Below are positions 26,450-36,034 of a DNA stretch of 64,000 nt, in pieces. Below the pieces are notes generated by a model, which was not told the origin of the DNA, made no database searches, and saw only the letters and a program-made list of their open reading frames with translations. Origin of the DNA: an uncultured delta proteobacterium (lineage in GTDB: Bacteria > Myxococcota > Myxococcia > Myxococcales > Myxococcaceae); NCBI GenBank assembly GCA_963771175.1, contig CAVYSY010000002.1, positions 64,001-128,000 on the forward strand, read 5' to 3'. Positions within the stretch are counted from its first letter, which is position 1; the number at the start of each line of letters is the position of its first letter. Both the position numbers and the translations under genes were made by a program.

Positions 26450-27052
26450 ATGGGCTCTGCACCTCCCCAGGCGGCGGTGGGCCGACTGGACCTGGCGAAT
26501 TCACTCCTGCGCTCGGTGGACCGTCCGGCACGCGAGGCGTTGGACATGGCCCGGCGCCCGCTCGCGGCGACCCTGGCCCCGGCGCTGCTCGGCATCTTCC
26601 TCGTGGCGGCCACCTCGGCCGCCGCGGGCTTCGTCTCCCCCGACGGCCTCCAGCTCGCACCGAGGCTCGATGCCCTGCGGGCCGTCTTCGAGGCCCTGCT
26701 CGTCGTCGTCCCCGGCACCCTCGTCTTCGCCATCTACCTGCGCCTGCGGCTCTCCACGCGCGTGCTGCTGGCCGCCACCTCCATCGGGCTGCTCGCCGGT
26801 GGACTGGTGGCCACGTGCGTGATGCCGCTCATGGCGTTCCTCGTGCTGGTGTCGAGGGAGGCACCCGTCGTCCTCGCGCTCCCCGCGCTGTTCATCCCGA
26901 GTCTCGCGCTCGCCACCGTGGCGGCCCTGCCGGTGCGCGTCATCACCTCGCTCGACTCCTCACGAGGGGCCTGGTGGCTGTCGCGTGCCTTCGCCGTCTT
27001 CCTCGGCGCCGTCTTCCTCCTGCGCGTCCAGACGTCCCTCCTCCCGTCCTGA
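26450..27052 (+). CDS. Hypothetical multi-pass membrane protein
   Basis: RBS GAGGAG before ATG; about five hydrophobic segments. Confidence 0.7.
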   Translation: MGSAPPQAAVGRLDLANSLLRSVDRPAREALDMARRPLAATLAPALLGIFLVAATSAAAGFVSPDGLQLAPRLDALRAVFEALLVVVPGTLVFAIYLRLRLSTRVLLAATSIGLLAGGLVATCVMPLMAFLVLVSREAPVVLALPALFIPSLALATVAALPVRVITSLDSSRGAWWLSRAFAVFLGAVFLLRVQTSLLPS

Positions 27053-27063
27053 CGAGGTCCTCC

Positions 27064-27792
27064 ATGGAAGCCCTCTCTCGAAGTGTCACGCTCTCGGCCG
27101 AGCCCCTCACCCCCTTCATGCCCTGGTCCGTGGAGGAGCGCGCGCCGCTCCCCGAGCCGGGAAGCGCAACGGAGCCGGAGCGCCAGTTGCTCGTGGAGCT
27201 GCTGCGCGAGCCGGCCGCCATCGTGGAGCGGCTGCTCGACCCTGCCCGGCTCCAGGGACTGGTGCTCGGCTCGGTGGGAGTCATCGCCGTCTGCACGAGC
27301 GTCTTCGCGGCCACGTCGAGCGCCGCGCGCGGTGGGGACGAGCTGGCACTGTCGGCGGCGCTCACCTCCGCGAACGTGTTGATGGCGCTCGCGGCGTCCC
27401 TGGGCCCCATCTACGCGGCGAGCATCCTGGTGGCGACGCGCGTGCCACTGGCCCGGCTCGTGGCGGCGCTGCTGGCCTCGGCGGCGACGGGCTCGCTCCT
27501 GCTCGCGGGGCTCGCTCCCCCGCTCTACCTCCTGTGGAGACTGGACGCCGAGTGGGCGGGGCCGCTGCTGCTCACCGGAGCGTTCCTGCTCTCCGGGGCG
27601 GCGGCCGGCGCGCGCATCCACCGGCTGCTGAGCCTCATGGCCGAGTCCGTCACCCGCGCCGCGCTGGACAACCCCACCGCCACGCTGTCCGCCGAGGACG
27701 CCTACCGCGTGGGCATCCTCGCGCGGGTCTCCTGGATGATGGTCGCGTTCACGTCGGGCCTCGGCTTCTGGGCCTTCGACGCGCTGGGTTGA
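27064..27792 (+). CDS. Hypothetical multi-pass membrane protein
   Basis: RBS GAGG; about five hydrophobic segments; operonic spacing. Confidence 0.7.
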   Translation: MEALSRSVTLSAEPLTPFMPWSVEERAPLPEPGSATEPERQLLVELLREPAAIVERLLDPARLQGLVLGSVGVIAVCTSVFAATSSAARGGDELALSAALTSANVLMALAASLGPIYAASILVATRVPLARLVAALLASAATGSLLLAGLAPPLYLLWRLDAEWAGPLLLTGAFLLSGAAAGARIHRLLSLMAESVTRAALDNPTATLSAEDAYRVGILARVSWMMVAFTSGLGFWAFDALG

Positions 27793-27804
27793 GGAGGACG
27801 GACC

Positions 27805-28440
27805 ATGACGGCGCTCATCATTCTGGCGATATATGCGGCGTTCGGGTTGATGGCGGCGGGGGTCGCCCTCACCCGTCGGCAGGGAGGTCCCCTCTGGGAT
27901 CGGCTCGGGCAGGCCCTGCTGTGCCTCACCCTCTGGCCCTTCCTCCTGCCCGTGCTCCTCTCCCCCGGGGACGCCTCCGTGCCCTCGGGGAGCGGTCCCC
28001 GGAGCGCGCGTGCTCGGCGGCTCGAGGACGTGACGAGCCGGCTCGAGGAGTGCTGGAGGCAGGCGGCGGTGGAGAGCTCGTGGGCGGCCGAGCAGGCGCG
28101 CGAGCACCGGCTCCTGGACGGGTTCGTCTCCCGCCTGCGGGCGCAGGAGCGACGCCTGGTGGAGATGGAGACGGTGCTGGCCAGCGCGCCCGCGAGCGTG
28201 AAGGAGCGGCTCACCCGGCTGTACGAGCACTCCGCGACGGAGCTGGAGCACAGCATCGGGCTCGTCGAGGAGCTGGTCGCCCAGCTCACCCTGCTGCGCT
28301 TCTCCGACCTGGGCAACCCCTCCGCCGTGCGCGTGGAGCGCGGTCACATCGAGGAGCTGCTGCTGCGCATCGAGGCGCTCGCGGAGGCCTCCCAGCCGGG
28401 TCCGAGCGAGGCACCACCGACGCAGGTGGCGCGCGCGTAG
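27805..28440 (+). CDS. Hypothetical membrane-anchored coiled-coil protein
   Basis: RBS GAGGAGG; two N-terminal TM segments followed by a helical E/R/L-rich region. Confidence 0.7.
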   Translation: MTALIILAIYAAFGLMAAGVALTRRQGGPLWDRLGQALLCLTLWPFLLPVLLSPGDASVPSGSGPRSARARRLEDVTSRLEECWRQAAVESSWAAEQAREHRLLDGFVSRLRAQERRLVEMETVLASAPASVKERLTRLYEHSATELEHSIGLVEELVAQLTLLRFSDLGNPSAVRVERGHIEELLLRIEALAEASQPGPSEAPPTQVARA

Positions 28441-28517
28441 CGTTTTCAGGCGAGCGGGAGCCGCGAGGCGCGCCATACTGTGCGCCTCGCCGTGACGACC
28501 TTTCCCGTGGTGCAGCC

Positions 28518-29504
28518 ATGAATGCCCAGGACCTCCTCGCTCGACTCCAGGACGCCTCTCCCAACGGTCCGCTGGATCGCCTCGCCGCGCTCGTAGTGGA
28601 GCACGAGCTCTCCCAGCCCCTCGACACCCTCTTCCCGCCCGCCCTCCTGGCTCGCGCGCTGAGAGCCGCCCTGGAGGGCTGGCTCGCCTCCGACACCGCG
28701 GACCGCGAGTTCGCCGACGCGCTCCACCACCTCCAGGGCCAGCTCACCCAGGACCGACGCACCCTCCGCGAGGCCCTGCCGCCGGAGCTCGCCAAGGGGC
28801 TGGCGGAGCTGGCCTCGCGCCGCTACTCGCCGGATCGGACGCTGGTGCTGTCGGTGCTGGACCGGCCGCCCGTACGCGCCCTGGCACGCGGGCTGCTGCT
28901 CAACGTGCTCATCGAGTTCAGCCGCAAGGTGAGCGCGCCCGTGACGGAGAACCGCATCGCCAAGGGCTTCTCCGGCCTGGCGAGGCTCGCGGCCGATCAG
29001 GCCCGGAGCGCGGGCGGGACACTGGGAGGCATCGCCGGAGCGCTCTCCGATGAGATCGAGCGCCAGGTGGAGAAGCGCGCCCGCGACTTCGCGGACTCGG
29101 CGCTGACCGGTGTCTTCCAGCAGCTCGCCGACGCGCTCACCGACCCGAGCCGGGCCTCGGATCAAGCGGAGATGCGCGTGGCCATCCTCGACGGCGTGCT
29201 GGACCTACCCCTGTCGCGGCTCGGGCGCGAGCTGTCCCGCTCGGACGTGCCCGGCGGGACGGCGGTGGCACGCAAGGCACTCACCCAGTGGCTCGCCTCG
29301 AAGGACGCCACCGCGGAGTTGGAGGGCTGGCTCACGCGAGCGATGGCGCGGGACGCGAAGCGCCCGGTGCGCGAGGTGCTCGGACCGCTCGGCCTGCTCG
29401 AGGCCTTCCAGTCGATGGGCCGTGAGTCGCTGCGCGGGCGTCTGGCCCCGGTGGTGACCTCGGAGCCCTTCGCACGCTGGTTGGAAGAGCTGATGAAGAG
29501 CTGA
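28518..29504 (+). CDS. Hypothetical all-helical protein
   Basis: Open frame from MNAQDLL with GC3-biased codons. Confidence 0.65.
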   Translation: MNAQDLLARLQDASPNGPLDRLAALVVEHELSQPLDTLFPPALLARALRAALEGWLASDTADREFADALHHLQGQLTQDRRTLREALPPELAKGLAELASRRYSPDRTLVLSVLDRPPVRALARGLLLNVLIEFSRKVSAPVTENRIAKGFSGLARLAADQARSAGGTLGGIAGALSDEIERQVEKRARDFADSALTGVFQQLADALTDPSRASDQAEMRVAILDGVLDLPLSRLGRELSRSDVPGGTAVARKALTQWLASKDATAELEGWLTRAMARDAKRPVREVLGPLGLLEAFQSMGRESLRGRLAPVVTSEPFARWLEELMKS

Positions 29505-29541
29505 TGCAGGCCGACCCTTGACCGAAGAGAGGAGACACCGA

Positions 29542-29799
29542 ATGGCACTCGAGGATGACTTCCGCTCCGCGCAGGAGCGCGTGAAGACGCTCACCACCCG
29601 CCCCTCCAACGACTCGCTGCTGGAGCTGTATTCGCTGTTCAAACAGGCCACCGAGGGCGACGTCCAGGGCAAGCGCCCGGGGATGCTCGACCTCAAGGGA
29701 CGCGCCAAGTACGACGCCTGGGCCGGGCGCAAGGGACTGGGTCGCGAGGCGGCCATGCAGCAGTACGTCGCGCTCGTGGACCGGCTGCTGCGCGGCTGA
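29542..29799 (+). CDS. Acyl-CoA-binding protein (ACBP)
   Basis: LLELYSLFKQATEGD, RPGMLD, AKYDAW and AMQQYV; RBS GAGGAG. Confidence 0.95.
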   Translation: MALEDDFRSAQERVKTLTTRPSNDSLLELYSLFKQATEGDVQGKRPGMLDLKGRAKYDAWAGRKGLGREAAMQQYVALVDRLLRG

Positions 29800-29854
29800 G
29801 ACCACGGCCACGCGAAGCCAGACCCTCGGCTTCGCGGCAGGGGCACCCAGCCCA

Positions 29855-30516
29855 TCACACCTGGGTGCCCATCACCTTGGCGGCCCAGCCGCGCGTCTCG
29901 TCGTCCACGTTCTTCATCAAGGAGTCGAAACGCCCCGCGCGCATCAACTCCACCAGCCGCTCGTCCCGCGCGAGGATTTCGGTCGCGTGCCAGGGGAAGA
30001 GGAGGTCCGTTTCGCCCGACTTCTGGTAGCGCGGGTCCGCGACGAGGGCTTCCAGGTAGCGCGAGTAGCTGTCGAAGAACCGGTCCACGTTCGAGGCCAC
30101 GGGGATGACGTGGAGCCCATCGAACTCGTAGGTATTTATCTCCACCACGGGCTGCCTTCCCTGCTCATCCGCGAGTCCCGGTACGGTGGCATAGGTATAG
30201 ACCTCGCCGCCGAAAACAATCACGGGCTCCCCCAACTCTTCCCAGTAGTTCTCCCGCCACCACTTGTTGTTCTCCTCCAGCCTCGTGCTCATCGTCGTCG
30301 GACGAGCGAGTACCCAGCGCATCACCCCCGTGGCGAATACCGCGTGCCCGAGGCGCGCATAGACACGCGCCAGTACCGGATCGAAGGGAACCCCTCCAAC
30401 AAGCACCCGGCCTTCAACGGCTCACGGGCAGGCGGCGAAGTATTCAGCCCCAGTTCCAACCGCCGACATACATCCATCAGTCGATCCATCCCGGGCAGGG
30501 CCATGGGCTGCTCCAT
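29855..30516 (-). CDS. SMI1/KNR4 (SUKH)-like immunity protein, frameshift near 30410
   Basis: PFDPVLARVYARLG...YATVPGLADEQGRQPVV...PVASNVDRFFDSYSRYLE; lies directly after a toxin-type gene. Confidence 0.6.
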
Positions 30517-30530
30517 TGTTTTTCTCTCTC

Positions 30531-31407
30531 TTACTTGAGGCCGAGGATGGCCTCGTGCATGGACCGGTACCAGCTCGGCTCGAACGCGAGCACCGCCAGC
30601 CGGCACCTGAACGGCGCGCAACCGCTCCCTGGCCGTCTCGTGGAACGCGAGGAAGGTGTCGGCCGGCGTGCCCTGGATGCGCACCGGGAGTGTCCTGGCT
30701 TCGGCTGGGCGAGGTGACTGGCGAGTGGCGTCGTAGTCCACCGCCCAGCGCCCCTCCTCGCGCCGCAGCCGCAGCACCACCTCGCCCGTCCGTCGGCCCA
30801 CGTACTCGGTGAGGACGTGGCGCAGTACGCGCGCCAGTCCCTCCGCATCCACCGGACGCCCCGCGCTCCCGCCGCCGCCCTCTTCCCCGTAGCCCACCAG
30901 CGTCAGCGCGCCCCCCTCTACCCAGAAGGTGAAGGCCAGCACCGCCCCCACCTCCTCCACCCCACCGCACAGGCCCACCGCCCGAGCCAGAGCCCTGTCC
31001 ACCTCGGCCTCGCGCGCCGCCCGCGGGTCCCGCCCCTCACCCTGGGCCGCCTGCACCAGCGCCCCAGCCCTCGCCTCCTCCACCCGCCATGCCCGCTCCC
31101 AGGCCTCCTCCTCGTGGCGGGCTCCGCCTTCCGGCTCCCGCGCCCAGGTCCTCCCAACTGCTTCCGCCGAGACAGGATGCTCTCCGGCACCCCCTCCGCT
31201 GCCCGAAGCGCGGGGCTCCTCCCGCGGCGACACGGCCTGGAAGCCAGCGGGTGTCAGCCGCCGGTAGGCGGTGCCTCCCAACATGCCGCGCCCCAACGGC
31301 GCTCCCGTGACGCAGCCCACCTGGAGCAGCAGCACCAGGACCACTGCGCTCAACCCGAGCTGCTGCCGCGCACGGGCCCGGCCCAGGCCAACAAAATGGG
31401 CGGACAT
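30531..31407 (-). pseudogene. Myxobacterial lipoprotein toxin carrier with internal deletion of the toxic domain
   Basis: Lipobox VLVLLLQVGC; carrier-like FTFWVEGGALTL...LRREEGRWAVDYDA...VQVPAGG ends near 30600; a short tail VLAFEPSWYRSMHEAILGLK* follows in another frame. Confidence 0.55.
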
Positions 31408-31431
31408 GCCGCACCCCTCCGCGAGTGACTC

Positions 31432-31491
31432 CACTTCCAGACGTCCAGAAGCATCGCACATGCACCCACCTCACTTCCAGACGTCCAGAAG
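31432..31491. repeat. Two identical 20-bp quasi-palindromic repeats, period 40 bp
   Basis: CACTTCCAGACGTCCAGAAG at 31432-31451 and 31472-31491. Confidence 0.9.
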
Positions 31492-31653
31492 TGCGGGGGT
31501 CCAGAGCCCTTCGCGCGGATGCCAGGTGCGCCTGCGCTCCAACGCGCAGCCCGTGGGCACGAACGGCCAGCCATCCTGGCGAGCAGGCAGGGCAGCGGCC
31601 AGAAGGCAGGCGTGTCCATGCCAGGGGTACTACCCCATGCCTATCGTCCAGGT

Positions 31654-32226
31654 ATGCGGTCCCCGTTCGCTCAACGCCTGGGTTGCTCGCTCGGTGTCCT
31701 GCTGCTCTGCCTCGGGATAGCGGCGAGCGCCCAGGAGCCGGAGGCCCCGGAGCAGGAGGAGGGACAGTTCCTCCGGGTGCAGACCGCGAAGCAGGACATC
31801 TCGGTGCGGATCTCCCCGGAGTCCGCCGTGGGTCCCGGCGTCCAGCTCGTCCGCGACGACGACGCCGTGCGGGGACGGGCCGCCGGTCAGTCCGTCTACC
31901 TGCGCATCGTGAAAGGCAAGGGGGAGCTGGATGGGCTCGTGGGCTCCCAGCCGGCGTGGATCTCCACCGCGTCCAGGAAGGGTTCGAGCCCGCGGCTGGA
32001 GGGCACCTTCGGCGGTGGCACCCTGGAGCTCGACGTCAGTGCGAAGGAGCTCTCCGGCACGGTGGGCCCGTGTACCTATGACCTGGACTTCAAGGACGAG
32101 GCCTACCAGGGCGTCCGCGTCTGCGACGGAGAGCGACAGCATGTGTGGGTCTTCCTGACGCCCGGCCTCCCGGAGCCGCTCTCCCCGATGTGGGTGACGA
32201 CGCTCGTCGTCCTCCTGGGCACATAG
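31654..32226 (+). CDS. Secreted hypothetical protein
   Basis: Signal peptide ending AASA; beta-rich body; hydrophobic C-terminus. Confidence 0.65.
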   Translation: MRSPFAQRLGCSLGVLLLCLGIAASAQEPEAPEQEEGQFLRVQTAKQDISVRISPESAVGPGVQLVRDDDAVRGRAAGQSVYLRIVKGKGELDGLVGSQPAWISTASRKGSSPRLEGTFGGGTLELDVSAKELSGTVGPCTYDLDFKDEAYQGVRVCDGERQHVWVFLTPGLPEPLSPMWVTTLVVLLGT

Positions 32227-32278
32227 TCCCGGCGATACGGCCTCCTCACCTCGGGCCAAGACGGTAGTCTCCGCCGCG

Positions 32279-33190
32279 ATGAACACCCCCACCGCCCCCC
32301 AGCGGCCCCCGCTGCGCCCGGAGGACCTGTGGTCCCAGACGGTGCGCACCACCCATCACGGCCTGGCCACCGGAGCGCTGCAGCCCATCGCCACCGAGTG
32401 CCGGATCCTCGAGCAGCACGGGGTGTCCTTCCAGGTGCGCGTGCTCGGGCGGGTGCACCTCAAGGAGCGCAGGCGCGAGCAGCCCCGCGCGGCGCCCTTC
32501 AATCCCTTCGAGAACCCGGATCCGGACCTCGTGGTGGGGGACGTCTCGCCCACGCACGTGTGCCTGCTCAACAAGTTCAACGTGGTCGAGCACCACCTGC
32601 TCATCGTGACGCGCGCCTTCGAGGAGCAAGAGTCCCCGCTCACGGCCGCCGACTTCGAGGCGCTCGCGCTCTGCATGGAGGGCCTGGACGGGCTGGCCTT
32701 CTACAACTCCGGCGAGACGGCCGGCGCCAGCCAGCGGCACAAGCACCTGCAGCTCACGCCCCCGCTGGGCCCCGAGGGCTTGCGCGCCCCCATGGAGAAG
32801 CTGCTGTCTCCGCCCCCCGCGCGAGGCCACGTCACCACCGTGCCGGCCCTGGCGTTCGCCCACGCGGTGACCGGGCTCGGGCCGTGGACGGGCTCGTTCC
32901 GTGAGGACGGGGCACGGCTGCTGGAGGCCTACCAGTCCCTGAGGGCCGCGGTCGGGATGGAGCGAGAGCTCGCCCCCTACAACCTGCTCGCCACGCGAGA
33001 CTGGATGCTGTGGGTACCCCGAGCCCACGCCGAGGCCGAGGGCATCAACGTCAACGCCCTGGGCTTCGCCGGCTCGCTTCTCGTCAAGACGCAGGAGCAG
33101 TTCCAGCGGCTCCAGGAGCTGGGCCCCATGGAGCTGCTGCGTCAGGTCGCGCCACCCGCCACGGCCACACCCGCGAGGACCCGGGGATGA
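32279..33190 (+). CDS. ATP adenylyltransferase (Ap4A phosphorylase II family)
   Basis: FNPFENPD, LLNKFNVVEHHLLIVT, FYNSGETAGASQRHKHLQ and VNALGFAG. Confidence 0.9.
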   Translation: MNTPTAPQRPPLRPEDLWSQTVRTTHHGLATGALQPIATECRILEQHGVSFQVRVLGRVHLKERRREQPRAAPFNPFENPDPDLVVGDVSPTHVCLLNKFNVVEHHLLIVTRAFEEQESPLTAADFEALALCMEGLDGLAFYNSGETAGASQRHKHLQLTPPLGPEGLRAPMEKLLSPPPARGHVTTVPALAFAHAVTGLGPWTGSFREDGARLLEAYQSLRAAVGMERELAPYNLLATRDWMLWVPRAHAEAEGINVNALGFAGSLLVKTQEQFQRLQELGPMELLRQVAPPATATPARTRG

Positions 33191-33621
33191 CGGCCCTGAG
33201 GACGTCACTCGTCATCCTGGGCACGGCGGTGTTGCTCGTCTCCGGCCTGGGCTGGGCAGCTCTCGAACGGGAGGCGCTTCTCCCGGTCTTCCCGCCCCAC
33301 CTCTATTTCGTGAGGCATCCCATCGTTGGGCTCGTGCCTGCCCGAGGAGGCATCGCGCAGTTCTGGCCGGACATGGGAGCGACGGTCCGCGTGTATGTGC
33401 ACGGGCCGGATGGGATCGTGCGCCGCGATTGGGACGTCGACAACGACGGGGTGTTCGAATGCCGCGAGGACAATTGCTACGGCACGAGCACACGGCGCTG
33501 GTGCGTCTCCCGGCGTGTGGACGGTCGATGGGTTGCCCAACCTGAAGAGGTCAGGGACTGCGCCATTCCAGGGGAACGTGGCCCGGTCACGAAGGCAGGG
33601 AGCGAGACGGCTCCCCCCTGA
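33187..33621 (+). CDS. Small exported/membrane hypothetical protein
   Basis: ATGA overlap with the upstream gene; N-terminal hydrophobic segment; DVDNDG Ca-binding-like loop. Confidence 0.5.
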   Translation: MTALRTSLVILGTAVLLVSGLGWAALEREALLPVFPPHLYFVRHPIVGLVPARGGIAQFWPDMGATVRVYVHGPDGIVRRDWDVDNDGVFECREDNCYGTSTRRWCVSRRVDGRWVAQPEEVRDCAIPGERGPVTKAGSETAPP

Positions 33622-33633
33622 GCCGTTGCCTCT

Positions 33634-34731
33634 TCAGGCCTCCATCAGGATGCGGTGCCGGTAGAGCTCCAGCAGGATGTCCTCGTGCAGGTCCGCCTGC
33701 TTCTCCTCGCGCAGGCGCTTGCGCACCGCCTCGACCGGCTCGCGGCCCGTGAACTCCACGATGAGCGCGTAGGCCAGCCCGGGCAGCGCCACGGCGTCGT
33801 ACTCGCTGTAGGCCCCCAGCGCGACACTCCCATCCGGGAGCCACTTCACGGTGGCCTCGGGGTTGAGCTTGAGCGCCTTCGGCAGCGTGGGCGCGACCGC
33901 GTCCCGGAGGCTCTTCTCCAGCACCTTCAGCTCGATGACCCCATCCAGCCCGAGGATCTTCTCGACGTCCTCCGGCGACAGCTTGCGGATGATGTCGTAG
34001 CTGGCCCGGTAGAACTCGTGCTCACGACCCGCCCACTGGCGCCACAGCGCGGCGTACTCCTTGTCGGGCAGGGGCTTGTCGTCGAGGTCCTCGACGGTCG
34101 GCGTCTCCGACAGGTCCGGCTTGTCCTTCCCGGTCAGGATGTACTCGGGCATCAACTGGAGCACGGCGTAGCGCGAGAGCTGGATCTCCGAGAGCGCCAG
34201 GTACGTCTTGAGCGTCATCCAGAACTTCCGCCCGTCGGCCCCCGCCACGTACTTGCAGAAGAACGTGGAGCACACCGCCTCGCGGTAGGGCCAGATGGTG
34301 CAGCCGCCCTGCTCCAGCTCGTAATACGGGCAGCGCATGGAGGCCGCCTTGCCGAAGAACTGGCGCGAGTTGCGATAGAGCAGGTTGTACCGGGCCGACG
34401 GCCGGACCCACTGGGGCGACACGCCCGTGCGGCTGGCGATCTTCTCCCCCACACGCCGCTGCCCCTCGCCCAGCTCCGCGCGCTCGTCGGATAGGAGCGC
34501 GCCCACCAGGTAGTTCGGCAGCTTGGGGTAGTAGGTGCAGCACTTGGTGTCCGGCCGGAAGAAGCGGCTCACCCCATCCACGGACTCGACGGCCCCGTGC
34601 GCCGAGGACTGGCACATGGCGCACGAGGAGCACGTGGCCTTCGTCTCGACTGGAATCTCCTTCCGGAAGAAGTCGGGGAAGAGCTCGCGGTAGAGGACGG
34701 GCAGGCTGTCGAGGATGCGAGGCAGGGACAC
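33634..34731 (-). CDS. Cysteine-cluster (YkgJ-like) protein with C-terminal winged-helix-like domain
   Basis: CSSCAMC, KCCTY, RCPY and GCTIWPYREAVCSTFFC. Confidence 0.65.
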   Translation of the reverse strand: MSLPRILDSLPVLYRELFPDFFRKEIPVETKATCSSCAMCQSSAHGAVESVDGVSRFFRPDTKCCTYYPKLPNYLVGALLSDERAELGEGQRRVGEKIASRTGVSPQWVRPSARYNLLYRNSRQFFGKAASMRCPYYELEQGGCTIWPYREAVCSTFFCKYVAGADGRKFWMTLKTYLALSEIQLSRYAVLQLMPEYILTGKDKPDLSETPTVEDLDDKPLPDKEYAALWRQWAGREHEFYRASYDIIRKLSPEDVEKILGLDGVIELKVLEKSLRDAVAPTLPKALKLNPEATVKWLPDGSVALGAYSEYDAVALPGLAYALIVEFTGREPVEAVRKRLREEKQADLHEDILLELYRHRILMEA

Positions 34732-34764
34732 GGGCTCCTCCGTTCGTGGGTAGGGGCCAAGGGC

Positions 34765-35229
34765 TCAGGAGACGAGCCGGATGAGGATCATCACCATCAG
34801 CGCCAGGGAGGCGAGCTGCCCCACCCCAAAGCCCATCGAGCGCCACGGCTGCATGGCCTTCAGGTAGGCGACGCTGTGCACCACGCGGGCGGCGGTGAAG
34901 GCGATGAAGCAGCTCTGCAGGCCGAGCACCGGCGCGCCAGCCAGCACGGCGATGAAGCCGAGGATGAGGAAGGCCGGGATGTTCTCCAGGTCGTTCCGGT
35001 GGGCACGCAGCACCCGGTCCACCTCGGGGTGCTCGGCCGTGACGAGCTGGGCGCCGCGAGCCGTGTCCTCGGCGTTCAACGCCACCTTGAGGCGAGCGCG
35101 CGTCACCGCCGTATAGACGCCGACGGCGTACATCTTGACGACGAGGACGATGGCGCACAGGGCGTAGAGCCGGAAGCCCGGCATCGACAGGAGGAGACTG
35201 GAGGAGAAGTTCGGGAGCAGGTCGTTCAT
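34765..35229 (-). CDS. MAPEG family protein
   Basis: LNAED, VDRVLRAHRNDLENIP and ARVVHSVAY. Confidence 0.9.
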   Translation of the reverse strand: MNDLLPNFSSSLLLSMPGFRLYALCAIVLVVKMYAVGVYTAVTRARLKVALNAEDTARGAQLVTAEHPEVDRVLRAHRNDLENIPAFLILGFIAVLAGAPVLGLQSCFIAFTAARVVHSVAYLKAMQPWRSMGFGVGQLASLALMVMILIRLVS

Positions 35230-35376
35230 GGGGGGAAGAGACTCGCGGAAGGAGGGCCCTGGACCCGCCATGTACCAGCAGCGCGGATGTTTGGACAGCC
35301 GTCCCCGGCCCCGGCGGCAGGCCGCACCAGCAGTGCCTTGACGGCGAGGCCCGGCTTGCCCATGTTGCCGGGCCCC

Positions 35377-36034
35377 ATGCCTGTCCTCAGTGGTTCAGTG
35401 ACCTTTTCGCGCTTCCGGTCCGAGCCGGCCGGAAACGCTCCTTCGGATGTGAAACGCTGGCTCGCCAAGGGCCTGAAGTCCGGAGCCTTCGAGCCCATCG
35501 ACCTCAAGAAGACCGAGGACGAGCGGGCGGCGGGCTTCGTGGAGGTGGAGCAGCATGACTCCACGGACTTCTCCACCGGTAGCGTCCTCTATGGTGAGTA
35601 CGCCCTGTTCGGCTTCCGCGTCGACACCGTGAAGGTGCCCGCGGTGGTGCTGAAGGCCGAGCTGGAGAAGTGGGCCAGCCGCCTTCGAGAAGCAGAACGG
35701 CCGCGCCCCCACCCGGGGCGAGAAGTCCGAGAACCGCGCCTCCCTGCGCCACATGCTGCGCCAGCGCGCCGTGCCCCACACCAAGGTGCACGACGTGAGC
35801 TGGAACCTGAAGACGAACCAGGTGCAGCTCTGGGCCTCCTCGCGCAAGGTGGTGGACGAGGTGCTGCTGGCCATGGAGACGGCCTTCGAGGTGAAGCTCC
35901 AGCCGCTGGTGCCCGCGTCCCTGGCGGCGCGCGCTGGCATCGCCGACGACGACCTCGTCCCCACGCCGGAGCTGATCGGCGTCGAGATTTCCAACAGCGA
36001 GATTCCCAGCGAGGTGAGCCATGGGGAAGCGTGA
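35377..36034 (+). CDS. RdgC-like protein, first of a pair (frameshift near 35680)
   Basis: GSVTFSRFR, AFEPID, ERAAGFV, FGFRVDTVKVP, VHDVSWNL and FEVKLQPL. Confidence 0.55.

Noticed and set aside
29542..29799. ACBP as a eukaryote-derived novelty
   Set aside because: Stand-alone ACBPs are already known in many bacteria
31432..31491. Possible CRISPR array
   Set aside because: Only two 20-bp repeats with a 20-bp spacer and no cas genes; too short for CRISPR
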